DNA of 64,000 nucleotides from Bacillota bacterium (GCA_015059155.1 SVAX01000002.1:85561-149560), one strand, 5' to 3'. Shown: positions 10,664-21,252, counted from the first letter of the stretch. Numbers and translations are program-made. Notes: generated from the letters alone by a model not told the origin.

Positions 10664-10674
10664 ACTTTATCCTC

Positions 10675-10902
10675 CTATTGCGCTCTACAAGCATCAAAAT
10701 TTACCAATGTGGTATCAGTTTCTGAAACTTGACACCTACCACCTGTCCAAAAACCTCCACAAGCTGTACAAGCAGTACTATTTTCTGCACTATTCATCAT
10801 ATTTGTAACTATTACAGTTCCTACTGCAAGTACTATAGCTATTAATACTATTGTTATTACTGTCATATTAGCCTCTCCTGCTGCTTCTTTCATTTTCTTC
10901 AC
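10675..10902 (-). CDS. Flp-like major pilin candidate
   Basis: 75 aa, basic N-terminus, G then long hydrophobic helix, CxxC...C...C; has its own promoter; follows tadC-like gene. Confidence 0.55.
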   Translation of the reverse strand: MKKMKEAAGEANMTVITIVLIAIVLAVGTVIVTNMMNSAENSTACTACGGFWTGGRCQVSETDTTLVNFDACRAQ

Positions 10903-10929
10903 CTACCTTTATTATCTATATTCATTTTT

Positions 10930-10959
10930 ATTATAACACATTTTTCAGTTAATTATCAA
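10930..10959 (-). promoter_or_regulatory. Promoter for Flp-like pilin
   Basis: Minus strand TTGATA-18 nt-TATAAT with extended -10 TG. Confidence 0.6.
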
Positions 10960-10963
10960 AAAA

Positions 10964-11755
10964 TTAAATTCCCATCATTATAGTCATGGACATAAATAGA
11001 ACTAGTATAACTCCTCCACCTGTTACAAATAGCATAGTCATAGTTCTTTTTTCCATATTTTCTAAACGATCTTTATATTTAAGATCTCTTGCTTTATTTT
11101 GTAAAGAAGATACAGTTCTTGAAAACATCATTATTTTTTCATGTTTATCATCGTTAGAACCTAATCCTAAACGATATAAAAGTCTCATCATTCTCATAGA
11201 GTCTCTAACCGGATATTGATTAGCAAAATCAATATATGGTTGAATAGTAGAATCTCCTTCATCTATTTTAGCAACCAAAGTTCTAAGTCCTGGTTTAAAT
11301 ATTTCTGGTGCTGTATCTATACTTCTAGAAAGCGCTACTGGAACTGTGTAATGTTGAACTAATATTTCTAAACTTTTTAAATAATATGGAAGCATAGAAT
11401 CCATATAATGCAATCTAGCTTTATAATAACTTTTTAATTTAGTATATCCACTTTTATATACTACAAATCCTGCGATAAAACTAAGAAGTATAAACATATA
11501 ATTTAAATAGCCTGTAATTGCAAAAACAAATATACATACAATAATTACTAATATTCCATCTCTTATTCTTCTAGAAAAAAGAGCTCCTGCATCAATATCT
11601 GCATCTTTATATTTTACCCTTAATAAGAATTCATAATCCTTTTCCATTAATTTTTTTAATAGTGGATTTACTTGTCCAATTATAGACTTAGGCTCTATTA
11701 TTCTGTTGTATAAAAATATAAGTACAACAGCAACTGTTACTATTAAAAACTCCAT
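10964..11755 (-). CDS. tadC: TadC-like (T2SS F family) membrane platform protein
   Basis: TM pair, LPYYLKSLEILV..VPVAL motif, C-terminal TM; follows tadB-like gene. Confidence 0.7.
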   Translation of the reverse strand: MEFLIVTVAVVLIFLYNRIIEPKSIIGQVNPLLKKLMEKDYEFLLRVKYKDADIDAGALFSRRIRDGILVIIVCIFVFAITGYLNYMFILLSFIAGFVVYKSGYTKLKSYYKARLHYMDSMLPYYLKSLEILVQHYTVPVALSRSIDTAPEIFKPGLRTLVAKIDEGDSTIQPYIDFANQYPVRDSMRMMRLLYRLGLGSNDDKHEKIMMFSRTVSSLQNKARDLKYKDRLENMEKRTMTMLFVTGGGVILVLFMSMTIMMGI

Positions 11756-12675
11756 TATTCAGCCCCCACATTCTCATTATAAAATTTAGTTCCAGCAAGT
11801 AAGAAATAAGTATTAACTATAACTATCAAATGCAGTATAACATTTACATACCACAACTCAAGCATTTGTTGATATGTATCTCCTAGCATTATTTGAACAA
11901 GAGCTATCATCATATATAAAACAAGTCCAAATGTAACAAATTTTTTATAAAAAGCTTCTCTATCAATTCTATCTCTATAAACAGATTCAACAAGCATATC
12001 TATATCTTGAGACATATTTTCTAATGACTCACTAGAATCTTTACTACCTTCATTAGTTATTTGAAGAAATAATTGATGCATATTTCTTACAATATAGTAA
12101 TCATATTTTTCATTCATGTATTCTAATGATTGATTAATTGTTCCATTTTCATAAGCCATATCTATCATAGTTTTCACATCCGATTTAACCGGATCTTCCA
12201 ATATTCCAGATGAATGAACTCCCTCTAAAGCTTTAACAAAACTTTGAGTAGTAGCAAATTCCATAATTACATTCGTTGTATACACTTGTATTTGCTCAAA
12301 TATAAATTCACTATATAATCTTTTACATCTTAAGTAACTAAGATATGGTACAGCTGCTACTGCAATTACTGCATATATTATTGAAATAACTAAATTATAA
12401 AAATATAAATAAGTTATTATTCCACCACCTAAAGCAAATAATATAACTTGCCCTATATATTGTTGCAAAGTATAATCTTGTTTTAGTTCTTTTATTTTTT
12501 TACGAATTTCTTTATATGTATAAGGAGCTACTTTACTATATAATCTATTTCCCTGTCTACTCACAAACTGATAAGCTTGAGCACCAGTATTACTTCTATA
12601 AAGAATTATAAATATAATTATTATAGCTACTATTATAAAAAGTAAAGTTATATTCATATCATCCCTCCTATTCAA
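11755..12675 (-). CDS. tadB: TadB-like membrane platform protein
   Basis: TM pattern, FVKALE motif, coupled to cpaF. Confidence 0.7.
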   Translation of the reverse strand: MNRRDDMNITLLFIIVAIIIIFIILYRSNTGAQAYQFVSRQGNRLYSKVAPYTYKEIRKKIKELKQDYTLQQYIGQVILFALGGGIITYLYFYNLVISIIYAVIAVAAVPYLSYLRCKRLYSEFIFEQIQVYTTNVIMEFATTQSFVKALEGVHSSGILEDPVKSDVKTMIDMAYENGTINQSLEYMNEKYDYYIVRNMHQLFLQITNEGSKDSSESLENMSQDIDMLVESVYRDRIDREAFYKKFVTFGLVLYMMIALVQIMLGDTYQQMLELWYVNVILHLIVIVNTYFLLAGTKFYNENVGAE

Positions 12676-13792
12676 ATATTATTTCATTTTTTTGTGGTGT
12701 CTCACTAATTACTACCTTTTCTTCTTTTTTATTATATTCTTCTTTTATAAAGCCATTAGGAAGCATAACACCTTGTGCTTCCAAATATTCAATTAAATAC
12801 TCACTTGGATTGTTTCTATAAACTTTTCCATCAGGGGATTTTTTATAAAGAGTATTATATTTGGCTTCATTATCTTTAGTTACATAAAATTCTGTAACTT
12901 CAGCAATTTCTCTTACGAATTTTTTAGAAATTTTATCTTGATATCCTCTAATATAAACACCAAGTTGAATATATCTATAAATAGATTTCAAGAATTGGTC
13001 TATATCCTGATTTGTTTCAAGCAAGCTATACATACGATTTGGTATAGAAGAAGCTTTATCTGCATGTATTGTAGATAAAATATAGTGTCCTGAAGAAATT
13101 GAGTTTCTAACAGCCATTACCGCTTCTGCACTACGAACTTCTGATAATAAAATCCATTTTGGATTTTGTCTCATACAAGTAACAAGAACATCAGAATAAC
13201 TAGCAATATTGTTAGTTTTCATAGCAACTATATCTCTGTTAGGATATATTCTATCTAAGTGTAGTTCCAAAGTATCTTCTATTGTTATTAACTTTTCATT
13301 TTCATACGTATTAGCGGCTAGATATTTAACAAATTCAGTCTTACCACTACCAGTTTCTCCACAAACTATTATATTACAATGTCCATGTACACAAGTTATT
13401 AAAAAATCTAAAATATCTTCTGTTATATAATTTTCTTTTAATATTTTATTTCTTTCTAAACGTATTTTAGCTGGAGTTTTACGTATAACACAAGCAATAC
13501 CATTTCTAGCAATAGAATCGTGCACAAAATTCATACGGAGTTCTGCACTTTCACTATCTAGAAAAGGATGAGCTGCATTAAAACTTTTCCCCATAACATT
13601 TGAACATTGAAAAGCTAATTTTTCAATAAACGCATTGTTTATAGCTGGATTATCTATTCTAAAAATCCCTTTTGACAAGGTTTTTAACCAAACTTGTCCA
13701 TTATTACTATAAGAAATATCCGTAATATCGTCGTTTTCTAAATATTCTTTAAGAGGACCAAAGTCCATTCCCTCAAATATATTATCGTGCAT
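12668..13792 (-). CDS. cpaF: CpaF/TadA (VirB11-family) pilus ATPase
   Basis: Walker A GETGSGKT, TIEDTLEL Asp box, MRQNPKWILLSEVR Walker B, STIHA His box. Confidence 0.9.
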   Translation of the reverse strand: MHDNIFEGMDFGPLKEYLENDDITDISYSNNGQVWLKTLSKGIFRIDNPAINNAFIEKLAFQCSNVMGKSFNAAHPFLDSESAELRMNFVHDSIARNGIACVIRKTPAKIRLERNKILKENYITEDILDFLITCVHGHCNIIVCGETGSGKTEFVKYLAANTYENEKLITIEDTLELHLDRIYPNRDIVAMKTNNIASYSDVLVTCMRQNPKWILLSEVRSAEAVMAVRNSISSGHYILSTIHADKASSIPNRMYSLLETNQDIDQFLKSIYRYIQLGVYIRGYQDKISKKFVREIAEVTEFYVTKDNEAKYNTLYKKSPDGKVYRNNPSEYLIEYLEAQGVMLPNGFIKEEYNKKEEKVVISETPQKNEIIFE

Positions 13793-13793
13793 T

Positions 13794-14648
13794 TTACCCT
13801 ACTAATTCTCCATTTGGCACATCTTGAACTTCACCAGTTCCTGGAGTTGTTTCCCCTTCAACTTCTCCTGCTATTATATCTTCTTCAACAGTAATTGTTT
13901 GAGCATCTATATAATCTCTTAATGTTTGACTTGTAACTATTACTTCATCTGTTGTAGGTACTGTTGAACCTCTTGGAGCTAAAACTAATTCTACATTTAA
14001 ATAATCTGCTTTAGTAAGCAATGTATAATAATCTTGACTTACAGCAAAACCAATTTTAGATGGAGTTCCTATATTATTAATCCCATCAAATACATTTTTA
14101 CCACTGTTATCATGAACAACTAAAACTTTAACATTTTTCATTAATTTACCAAACATTACAGTTCCGTTTTCATCATTAGCTTTCATATAAATATCGATAT
14201 AAGTATCTGGCAAAACACTATTTCCTAATGTACTTTCAACATCAACATCCATATAATAACCAAGTTCTCCAGCTTCATAATCTAATTGTTCTATCCAATT
14301 TCCAGGAAGTTTATTCTCTTCTATTAAAAATTCTTGATAAAATAAACTACCTTCCGGTATAGTAACATTAACATTTGTATATCTATCTCTTATTAAAGCA
14401 GGATTTCTAAGAGCATTCTCATCAATCATACTAGAAGCTATTTGTTTATAAGTAATAAGTTCATTAGTTATTTTTGTTCTTGGCCCTATTGTCTCTTTAG
14501 CAACTGGCATACTTACTGGATTAGTCTTACTCTTTATACTTCCACTATATCCAAAATAAAGTACAACTAATATAACTAGAACTAATAAAATTGTAACAAC
14601 ATTCTTATTTGTAAAAAATCTTTTTAAACCTATTATAAAATTATTCAT
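13794..14648 (-). CDS. cpaB: CpaB/RcpC-like SAF-domain protein
   Basis: N-terminal TM, VAKETIGPRTKIT SAF motif, PDTYIDI and NVKVLVV RcpC-like strands. Confidence 0.75.
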   Translation of the reverse strand: MNNFIIGLKRFFTNKNVVTILLVLVILVVLYFGYSGSIKSKTNPVSMPVAKETIGPRTKITNELITYKQIASSMIDENALRNPALIRDRYTNVNVTIPEGSLFYQEFLIEENKLPGNWIEQLDYEAGELGYYMDVDVESTLGNSVLPDTYIDIYMKANDENGTVMFGKLMKNVKVLVVHDNSGKNVFDGINNIGTPSKIGFAVSQDYYTLLTKADYLNVELVLAPRGSTVPTTDEVIVTSQTLRDYIDAQTITVEEDIIAGEVEGETTPGTGEVQDVPNGELVG

Positions 14649-14663
14649 CTTTTTATTCTCCTC

Positions 14664-15089
14664 TCAATACTTAGTCTCTAATATAGCATCTATATTATTA
14701 ACTATATCAAATTCAAAAATTTCTCCTGTAGCATTAGTTGAAGTAGTACTGGATACTCTTAAACTAACTTTAGGCGGTGCTTCATTGATGTCATATATTT
14801 CAATCAAATATGTGTTAGATAAATCTGCGTTTTGTGCAAATCTACGAATAAAACTTTCAACGAATTTTTCTTCTTCTATTCTTATGCATTTGTATTCATT
14901 TTCTGGAGTTTCTGTACAAGCTCTATAAGCAGCTAAATCCAAAGCATCAAACATAGCCGCTTCAACCGTTTCTTTTAGTAAATTATAATTGTGTTGATCT
15001 GTTTTAGTCATATTAGCAAAAAACCATATAACTCCAACAGCAAGAATACCAAGAACAAGAATTCCATATCCCCACATAGATTCTTTCAA
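14664..15089 (-). CDS. Pseudopilin-like protein (DUF5411-like)
   Basis: MKES + TM; LKETVEAAMFDA and FVESFIRRFA motifs recalled for DUF5411. Confidence 0.55.
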   Translation of the reverse strand: MKESMWGYGILVLGILAVGVIWFFANMTKTDQHNYNLLKETVEAAMFDALDLAAYRACTETPENEYKCIRIEEEKFVESFIRRFAQNADLSNTYLIEIYDINEAPPKVSLRVSSTTSTNATGEIFEFDIVNNIDAILETKY

Positions 15090-15198
15090 TATATCACCTA
15101 CTATCTAATAACATAGTGTCTACTATACATAATAATTTTAGCACACATTCTTATTTTTAACAACAAAAATAACAAAAAAAGTCACAAAAAGTGAACTT

Positions 15199-15855
15199 TT
15201 ATAATTTAAATTTATTTTTTCGATTATTAATAATTATTATAACTGAACATATCAAAATTATAGCTCCTAAAAAGTAATAATAATAATTAATATAAATTTC
15301 TATAATTTTATCTGTGATTGTTTTCTCAATATTAACAACAGCTTCTTCATCAGGTTCTTCTATTTGGTTTTTATATTCTAAAACCATCTTTTTAAATTCT
15401 TCTTCTGAATAATTAACATCCAACCATTTTTGACACAAACTATAATTAGATATATCAGAACAAAGTTCATGTGCATAATACTTATTATATTTAGGAAAAG
15501 TATAATATTTATTTCCTAATGATATACCATGACAGGCATCAAGATTAGAATAAAATTTATAAGTTCCAGAATTAACTTTATAATTATTTATTGTTATTTC
15601 TCCATTATTTGAATCTCTATAATAATAATATTTATTGGTTACTGTATCATAAAAATACATTTCATCTGTCAAATTATTTATAGTTACACTAAATAATGCC
15701 TCATTATCAACAATCTTATAATCATAAGATAAATTAATGTTAGTTACCATAGATTTCATTCTAGATACAACAGAATAATCACATCCACCATATGTTAAAG
15801 CAAATACATCAATAAAAGAAAAACTAAACAATAATAATAAAAATATTTTTTTCAT
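15199..15855 (-). CDS. Secreted/membrane-anchored hypothetical protein
   Basis: Signal peptide, Cys residues, C-terminal TM with basic tail. Confidence 0.6.
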   Translation of the reverse strand: MKKIFLLLLFSFSFIDVFALTYGGCDYSVVSRMKSMVTNINLSYDYKIVDNEALFSVTINNLTDEMYFYDTVTNKYYYYRDSNNGEITINNYKVNSGTYKFYSNLDACHGISLGNKYYTFPKYNKYYAHELCSDISNYSLCQKWLDVNYSEEEFKKMVLEYKNQIEEPDEEAVVNIEKTITDKIIEIYINYYYYFLGAIILICSVIIIINNRKNKFKL

Positions 15856-15865
15856 TTTATCACCC

Positions 15866-17413
15866 CTACTTTAACAAATACTCATATTTTAAACCTCTAA
15901 CGTTAAACATAATCTTTATAGATTCTGAATTCATAATATCTGAATTAACTCCAATATATATATCTTCTGTTACAACTTTTTTACTTTTTATTTCCTCAAA
16001 TTTATAAGCATTAAACCAATTATCACCAATCTTATAAGAAATAGTTCCAAACTTAGATAAAAGCTTATAAAATGTATTAATATCTAAATCACTATTGGAA
16101 TTATAATCCACATTTAACTTAAGAATAGTTTTATCATAATTTTCATTTATAGACGCACGTAAATATTCTTTTGACAAAATACAATCATCTTTTTTTATAC
16201 AATATTTATATTCAATTAAAAACTTATCACTTAAACTATAATTATTAATTTTAAATTTAACATCTTTTAAAGCACCTTCAAAAATTAAATTTTCACCTAA
16301 TTTTTTTGTGTCAGATATCTCAGTAATACTTAATTCTTGCGGCTCTAGTAAAATATTAACTGCACCATAATTAAAATACATTTTACTTTCTATATATTTT
16401 TCTGGTATTTCATATACAAAAAGATAATCAGTATATTCTAAAGGTAATAATTGTTCATCATAGAAATTACCCAAATCAATTAAAGAATTATTATATTTTA
16501 TTACCGGTTTAAAATTAACATTTTCTATTACTAAATTAAAATCATTTAAATGTACTTCAGAATCAGAAGAATTAGATTTTATATTTACTTCAACAGCAAT
16601 TAAATAGTTATCCGTTAATTTATTATCTCTATAATCTGTATTTAATTTAGTAGTATTATTAACTTTAAAGATAATTGGATATTGCGTGTAATAAACTCCT
16701 TCTTTATTTACTTTACTATTTTTATAAATAAAGAATATACCGAAAACAATTATTAAACCAACTATAATCGAAATTATAATATTTATAAGAAATTTATTTT
16801 CAACATATAAATATTTAAAATTTCTTATTTTTTCTTTTCTTCTTCTTTTCCTTTCATTAAAATCTATATTTATATCAACTTCAAATTCTTCTTTATCCAT
16901 TTCACTAATTTCAATTTTTGATATATCAGAATTAAATTCAAATTTTTTAAAATCTATACCTATACCACGGATAAATAAAAACAAAAATATAAAGCTTTCT
17001 AAAATGACATTTATTAATACTAAATCATGGATCAATTTTACTGTTTTAACAGATACTATATTTTCAATTAATACATTCAAAAAATTAGCAGCATATACAT
17101 TTATAACTAATATTACTATAAAAGAGAAAATCCCAACAAAATAAAATAATATTGGTTTATTCTTTTTATACATTATACTTAAAAGAACTAAAAACAAAGC
17201 AATAATTATGGCAGGTATAATATATATAAAATTATTCACTAAGTTTTTTACTATTTCTTCTTCAACAAAATTTTCAGAAGAATATATATAATCATTTAAA
17301 AACTTAAGTATATTATTACTTAAATATACTAAATATAAAACTAAACCACACATAAATAAATGTATTGGCTTGAATATCTTAATGAAAAATGCGTATGGCT
17401 TTTTAAGTATCAC
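15866..17413 (-). CDS. Multi-TM hypothetical protein with extracellular C-terminal domain
   Basis: Probable GTG start at 17413 behind AGGAGG; five TM segments then DUF4352-like beta region. Confidence 0.55.
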   Translation of the reverse strand: MILKKPYAFFIKIFKPIHLFMCGLVLYLVYLSNNILKFLNDYIYSSENFVEEEIVKNLVNNFIYIIPAIIIALFLVLLSIMYKKNKPILFYFVGIFSFIVILVINVYAANFLNVLIENIVSVKTVKLIHDLVLINVILESFIFLFLFIRGIGIDFKKFEFNSDISKIEISEMDKEEFEVDINIDFNERKRRRKEKIRNFKYLYVENKFLINIIISIIVGLIIVFGIFFIYKNSKVNKEGVYYTQYPIIFKVNNTTKLNTDYRDNKLTDNYLIAVEVNIKSNSSDSEVHLNDFNLVIENVNFKPVIKYNNSLIDLGNFYDEQLLPLEYTDYLFVYEIPEKYIESKMYFNYGAVNILLEPQELSITEISDTKKLGENLIFEGALKDVKFKINNYSLSDKFLIEYKYCIKKDDCILSKEYLRASINENYDKTILKLNVDYNSNSDLDINTFYKLLSKFGTISYKIGDNWFNAYKFEEIKSKKVVTEDIYIGVNSDIMNSESIKIMFNVRGLKYEYLLK

Positions 17414-17491
17414 ATATATCCCTCCTATTCTTAAATAATTATACAATATATTCAAAAAAAAATAAAGATAGTTCGCACTATCTTATTTTCA

Positions 17492-19585
17492 TTAACAATG
17501 ATTATCTTCATAGCAAGCTCTTTTCTTACTATTATTTATTTTTAAACCATAATCTGATCTCAAAGTTGTTAAATAATTACTTATACAAACTGTTCCATCT
17601 TTTATACATTCGAGATTATAATCATCATATGCATTATCTTTGTTATATTTCTTTATATCTTCCATAATTGAAGGAGTAAGAGTTATAGTATATAGCGGTT
17701 CTGAATTATCCTTATTATAACTGTTATTATTGTTTTTTAAAATATCTTCTTGTCCTTTCCAATTAGCACCAGGTTTTCTAGATCCTGTTCCATCTTTACT
17801 TAAAAACAAATTATCACTATTTGTGTTTACAATTCTAAATTCTAAATTCATATAATCTTTTTCATCTTTTGACCCTATTAATCCACTATTAATTGTGTAT
17901 GGGCAGGTTGCACTATATTTATTTATTCCTTTTTCTTTAGTATATTTAGTATTAAAATCAAATGTAAAAGAAAGACTTGAAGGACCTCTTTGATTTAATT
18001 CACTAACTAATCCATAACCTAAAAATTTACAATTAGGACAAGATAAACTTGAAAGTTTACCTGAACCGTTATCTGCATAAATTGCATTCATTTTATATAT
18101 ATTTGTCCAACTTCCAAAATAATAAGAAAAATCACCGTTTTTGCTTTTTCTTGATACAGTCATACTAGTGTTACTATTTGGGAAAAATATAGTTTCATTG
18201 TTGTAATCATTAACCACTGTAACATTTTTTATATAATCATAATAATTTCCTGTCGAAAAAGACGATGGTGAACTATTATACATATAACATTTTTGTGTTA
18301 ATGTGGAATTTATTACTTCTCCATTTATCGTGTTAAATAATATTTTCCCCGGAGTTGTATTCCAACCAAGTATTTGATTGCTAAAATTAAATGTTGTAAG
18401 ACAGTAAGCTGGCGCTCCGTTTACATCAATTTTATCTGTATAACATGATAGATTGTTTTGATTAAAGGTAGCACCTATACTAAAACTCCCACCAAAACAA
18501 CTAGCTTCTTTTACGCCACAATCCGCTGCTCCACAGCTAGCACCACTAAAATTCAATAAATTTGTATCTTTTGGGTATTTATCATGAAGACGAAATAAGC
18601 CTGAAATATAAGTTGATTTGCACCTTTCTTGGCAGCTTGCAAAACAAGCTCTAACATCACTTGCAGGCGCACCAAGACCAGCAATGTCTTGACACTGCCT
18701 ACAATTCGTGCAAGTATTATACCTTTCATTTAAACTGTCTAAGTCACTTGTACAACTATTAGAGCTAGGTGGGGTTGTTGGTGTTGAAGGTGTTGTTTCA
18801 GGTGGATTTACATCCGAATATTTATAAACACCTATTCCCCTACTACAAGTTGAATTTTTTAAACAATTATGTCTATCTGTATAACTACTACCATTATATT
18901 TTGTTAAACTATACCCCCCGAAAGTTAAATTATTACCTTCATAATAAATTGTTCCCCATAAAACACCGCCATCTTTATAGTTAGCTGACCCCCCAAATAA
19001 CGCACCTGAATACATCCAACAAAAATTACCTTCAGATTTACAATTTGAATTAAGTGTTAAAAATGCATTACCTAGCTCATATGCTGTTCCGTAATAACCG
19101 CTTACAGCTACCATTGGTTCTACTAAAATATAGTCAGTAGATTCGAAAGTAACATCATTAAAATATTTGTTTAAAATCGTTTTTAAATTTGTATAACTAT
19201 CTTCTGTTAATATCTCGTTTAAATCTTTGTACCCACTATTAGTAGTCCATCTTTCACCCAATATACCACTTTCAACATTTGTATAATTATATTTTGCCCA
19301 TGTTACATTGGTACTTTGATATATTTTTGGGCGATTATCATTAGAAAAATAATAACCACTGACTTTTTTATTTAATATTATTTCAACATCTTTCAAATCC
19401 CCAGCGGAAGTTATTATACTTACTTTAATCCCAACTTTATCAGAACCCCATTTACCAGACCCGGCATTTGAAAGATCTCCAGTTGACCCACTCGTTCCTG
19501 GATTAATAATTTCCGCAGGTACTGCTAATATATTCATAAAAGTGATTAAAAGAAAAACAAATAGAAACACCATCTTTTTTTTCAT
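17492..19585 (-). CDS. Large secreted Cys-rich surface protein
   Basis: Start MKKK at 19585; signal peptide; PETTPSTPTTPP linker; many Cys. Confidence 0.65.
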   Translation of the reverse strand: MKKKMVFLFVFLLITFMNILAVPAEIINPGTSGSTGDLSNAGSGKWGSDKVGIKVSIITSAGDLKDVEIILNKKVSGYYFSNDNRPKIYQSTNVTWAKYNYTNVESGILGERWTTNSGYKDLNEILTEDSYTNLKTILNKYFNDVTFESTDYILVEPMVAVSGYYGTAYELGNAFLTLNSNCKSEGNFCWMYSGALFGGSANYKDGGVLWGTIYYEGNNLTFGGYSLTKYNGSSYTDRHNCLKNSTCSRGIGVYKYSDVNPPETTPSTPTTPPSSNSCTSDLDSLNERYNTCTNCRQCQDIAGLGAPASDVRACFASCQERCKSTYISGLFRLHDKYPKDTNLLNFSGASCGAADCGVKEASCFGGSFSIGATFNQNNLSCYTDKIDVNGAPAYCLTTFNFSNQILGWNTTPGKILFNTINGEVINSTLTQKCYMYNSSPSSFSTGNYYDYIKNVTVVNDYNNETIFFPNSNTSMTVSRKSKNGDFSYYFGSWTNIYKMNAIYADNGSGKLSSLSCPNCKFLGYGLVSELNQRGPSSLSFTFDFNTKYTKEKGINKYSATCPYTINSGLIGSKDEKDYMNLEFRIVNTNSDNLFLSKDGTGSRKPGANWKGQEDILKNNNNSYNKDNSEPLYTITLTPSIMEDIKKYNKDNAYDDYNLECIKDGTVCISNYLTTLRSDYGLKINNSKKRACYEDNHC

Positions 19586-19744
19586 ATTAATACACATTCC
19601 TTTCTTTTCTATTATCAATACTAATTGTATTATATAATAAAATTAATCAAAAATAAAGAACATTAGCAGCAATTTTAATTAAAAATATAGTTTTTCTTGT
19701 ATTATTTTTTAAAATTTATTATAATACTTATGGAGTTGATAGTA

Positions 19745-20464
19745 GTGAAGTATGAAATAAATATAAATGAATTTCAAGGTCCGCTTGATTTATTACTTCA
19801 TTTAATTAAACAATCAAATATAAGCATTAATGAGATTAGTATTGATGAAATAACTAAACAATATTTAGATTATATTCAAAAAATGGAAGAATTAAATCTT
19901 GATATAGCTTCTGAATATTTAGTTATGGCTGCAGAACTTATCGAAATAAAATCTTCTTCACTATTACCAAAAAATAATATAGAAGATGATGAATTTGAAG
20001 AAGATCCAAAAGAAAAATTAATTAATAGATTATTAGAATATGAACAATACAAAAAAATGACTAGTACTTTTAAAGAATTAGAAGAGTATAGACAAGAAAT
20101 TTATACTAGAGAACCAGATAATTTATTAGATTATAAAGATGATGAAGAAATAGATTATGGTATTGATTTAAATGATTTACTTGAGGCTTTATCTAAATTT
20201 TTAGAGCAAAAAGAATTAGATAAACCATTAAACACAAAAATAACTAATAAAGAGTATAGTGTTACTAAAAGAAGTAGTGAGATTAGAAATATATTAAAGA
20301 AAAAAAAGAAAGTTAATTTTACTGATCTTTTTGAAGTATTTACAAAAGAATATGTAGTTATAACTTTCTTATCTATACTAGCTATGTCTAGAAAACAAGA
20401 AATTGAAATTGAGCAAGAACACAATTTTAAAAATATTATTATTAAAGAAAAAGGTGTAGAATGA
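19745..20464 (+). CDS. scpA: Segregation and condensation protein A
   Basis: FQGPLDLLLHLI, ASEYLVMAAELIEIKS, FLSILAMSR motifs; GTG start behind GGAG. Confidence 0.95.
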   Translation: MKYEININEFQGPLDLLLHLIKQSNISINEISIDEITKQYLDYIQKMEELNLDIASEYLVMAAELIEIKSSSLLPKNNIEDDEFEEDPKEKLINRLLEYEQYKKMTSTFKELEEYRQEIYTREPDNLLDYKDDEEIDYGIDLNDLLEALSKFLEQKELDKPLNTKITNKEYSVTKRSSEIRNILKKKKKVNFTDLFEVFTKEYVVITFLSILAMSRKQEIEIEQEHNFKNIIIKEKGVE

Positions 20465-21018
20465 AAGCAATAGTTGAAGGATTATTATTTTTAAGTGGTG
20501 AAGATGGTTTAACTTTAGAAGAAATATCTTGTGTTATTGAAAAGGATATTGATGAAGTTAAATTAATTATAAAAGAATTATATAACGATTATAGTAATGA
20601 TACTAGAGGAATACAAATAGAATTCTTAGGTAATCATTTTAAATTAGCTACCAAAAAAGAACATAAGGAATATTATAAAAAGCTTGTTTCTGATGATGAA
20701 AATTCGATTTTAAGTCAATCAGCACTTGAAACATTAGCTATAATTGCTTATAACGCACCAATAACTAGAATAGAAATAGATAATATAAGAGGAGTTAATT
20801 CTAGTTATGTAGTTAGAAAACTATTACTTAAAGGACTTATTGAAGAAGTTGGTAGATCAGATGCTCCTGGTAGACCTAGAATTTATAATGTTACTCCAAG
20901 ATTTTTAGATTATTTTGGATTAGGTAGTATAGATGAGCTTCCTAAATTAGAAGAAAAACAAGAAATAATTGATGAAGAAAAATATTTATTTGAATCAAAA
21001 TATAAAGAAGAAATTTAA
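20461..21018 (+). CDS. scpB: Segregation and condensation protein B
   Basis: LSQSALETLAIIAYNAPITR, RGVNS, FLDYFGL motifs. Confidence 0.95.
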   Translation: MKAIVEGLLFLSGEDGLTLEEISCVIEKDIDEVKLIIKELYNDYSNDTRGIQIEFLGNHFKLATKKEHKEYYKKLVSDDENSILSQSALETLAIIAYNAPITRIEIDNIRGVNSSYVVRKLLLKGLIEEVGRSDAPGRPRIYNVTPRFLDYFGLGSIDELPKLEEKQEIIDEEKYLFESKYKEEI

Positions 21019-21065
21019 AAAAATTGTATTAAATTATATTAAAATATGATATAATTTAATTACTT

Positions 21066-21152
21066 GCCTGTGTGGTGAAATTGGTAGACGCGTTGGACTC
21101 AAAATCCAATGATAGCAATATCGTGTCGGTTCGAGTCCGACCACAGGCACCA
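21066..21152 (+). tRNA. tRNA-Leu(CAA)
   Basis: GCCTGTG/CACAGGC acceptor stem, TGGTAGAC D loop, TTGGA-CTCAAAA-TCCAA anticodon arm, long variable arm, GTTCGAGTC T loop, encoded CCA. Confidence 0.97.
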
Positions 21153-21252
21153 TTGACGAATCTGTTCGAACTATTCGAACTTTTGATATATGAAATCAAT
21201 CTTAAAAGGATTGATTTTTTCGTTTTAGAAAAAATCATAGAAAGGAATTTTT

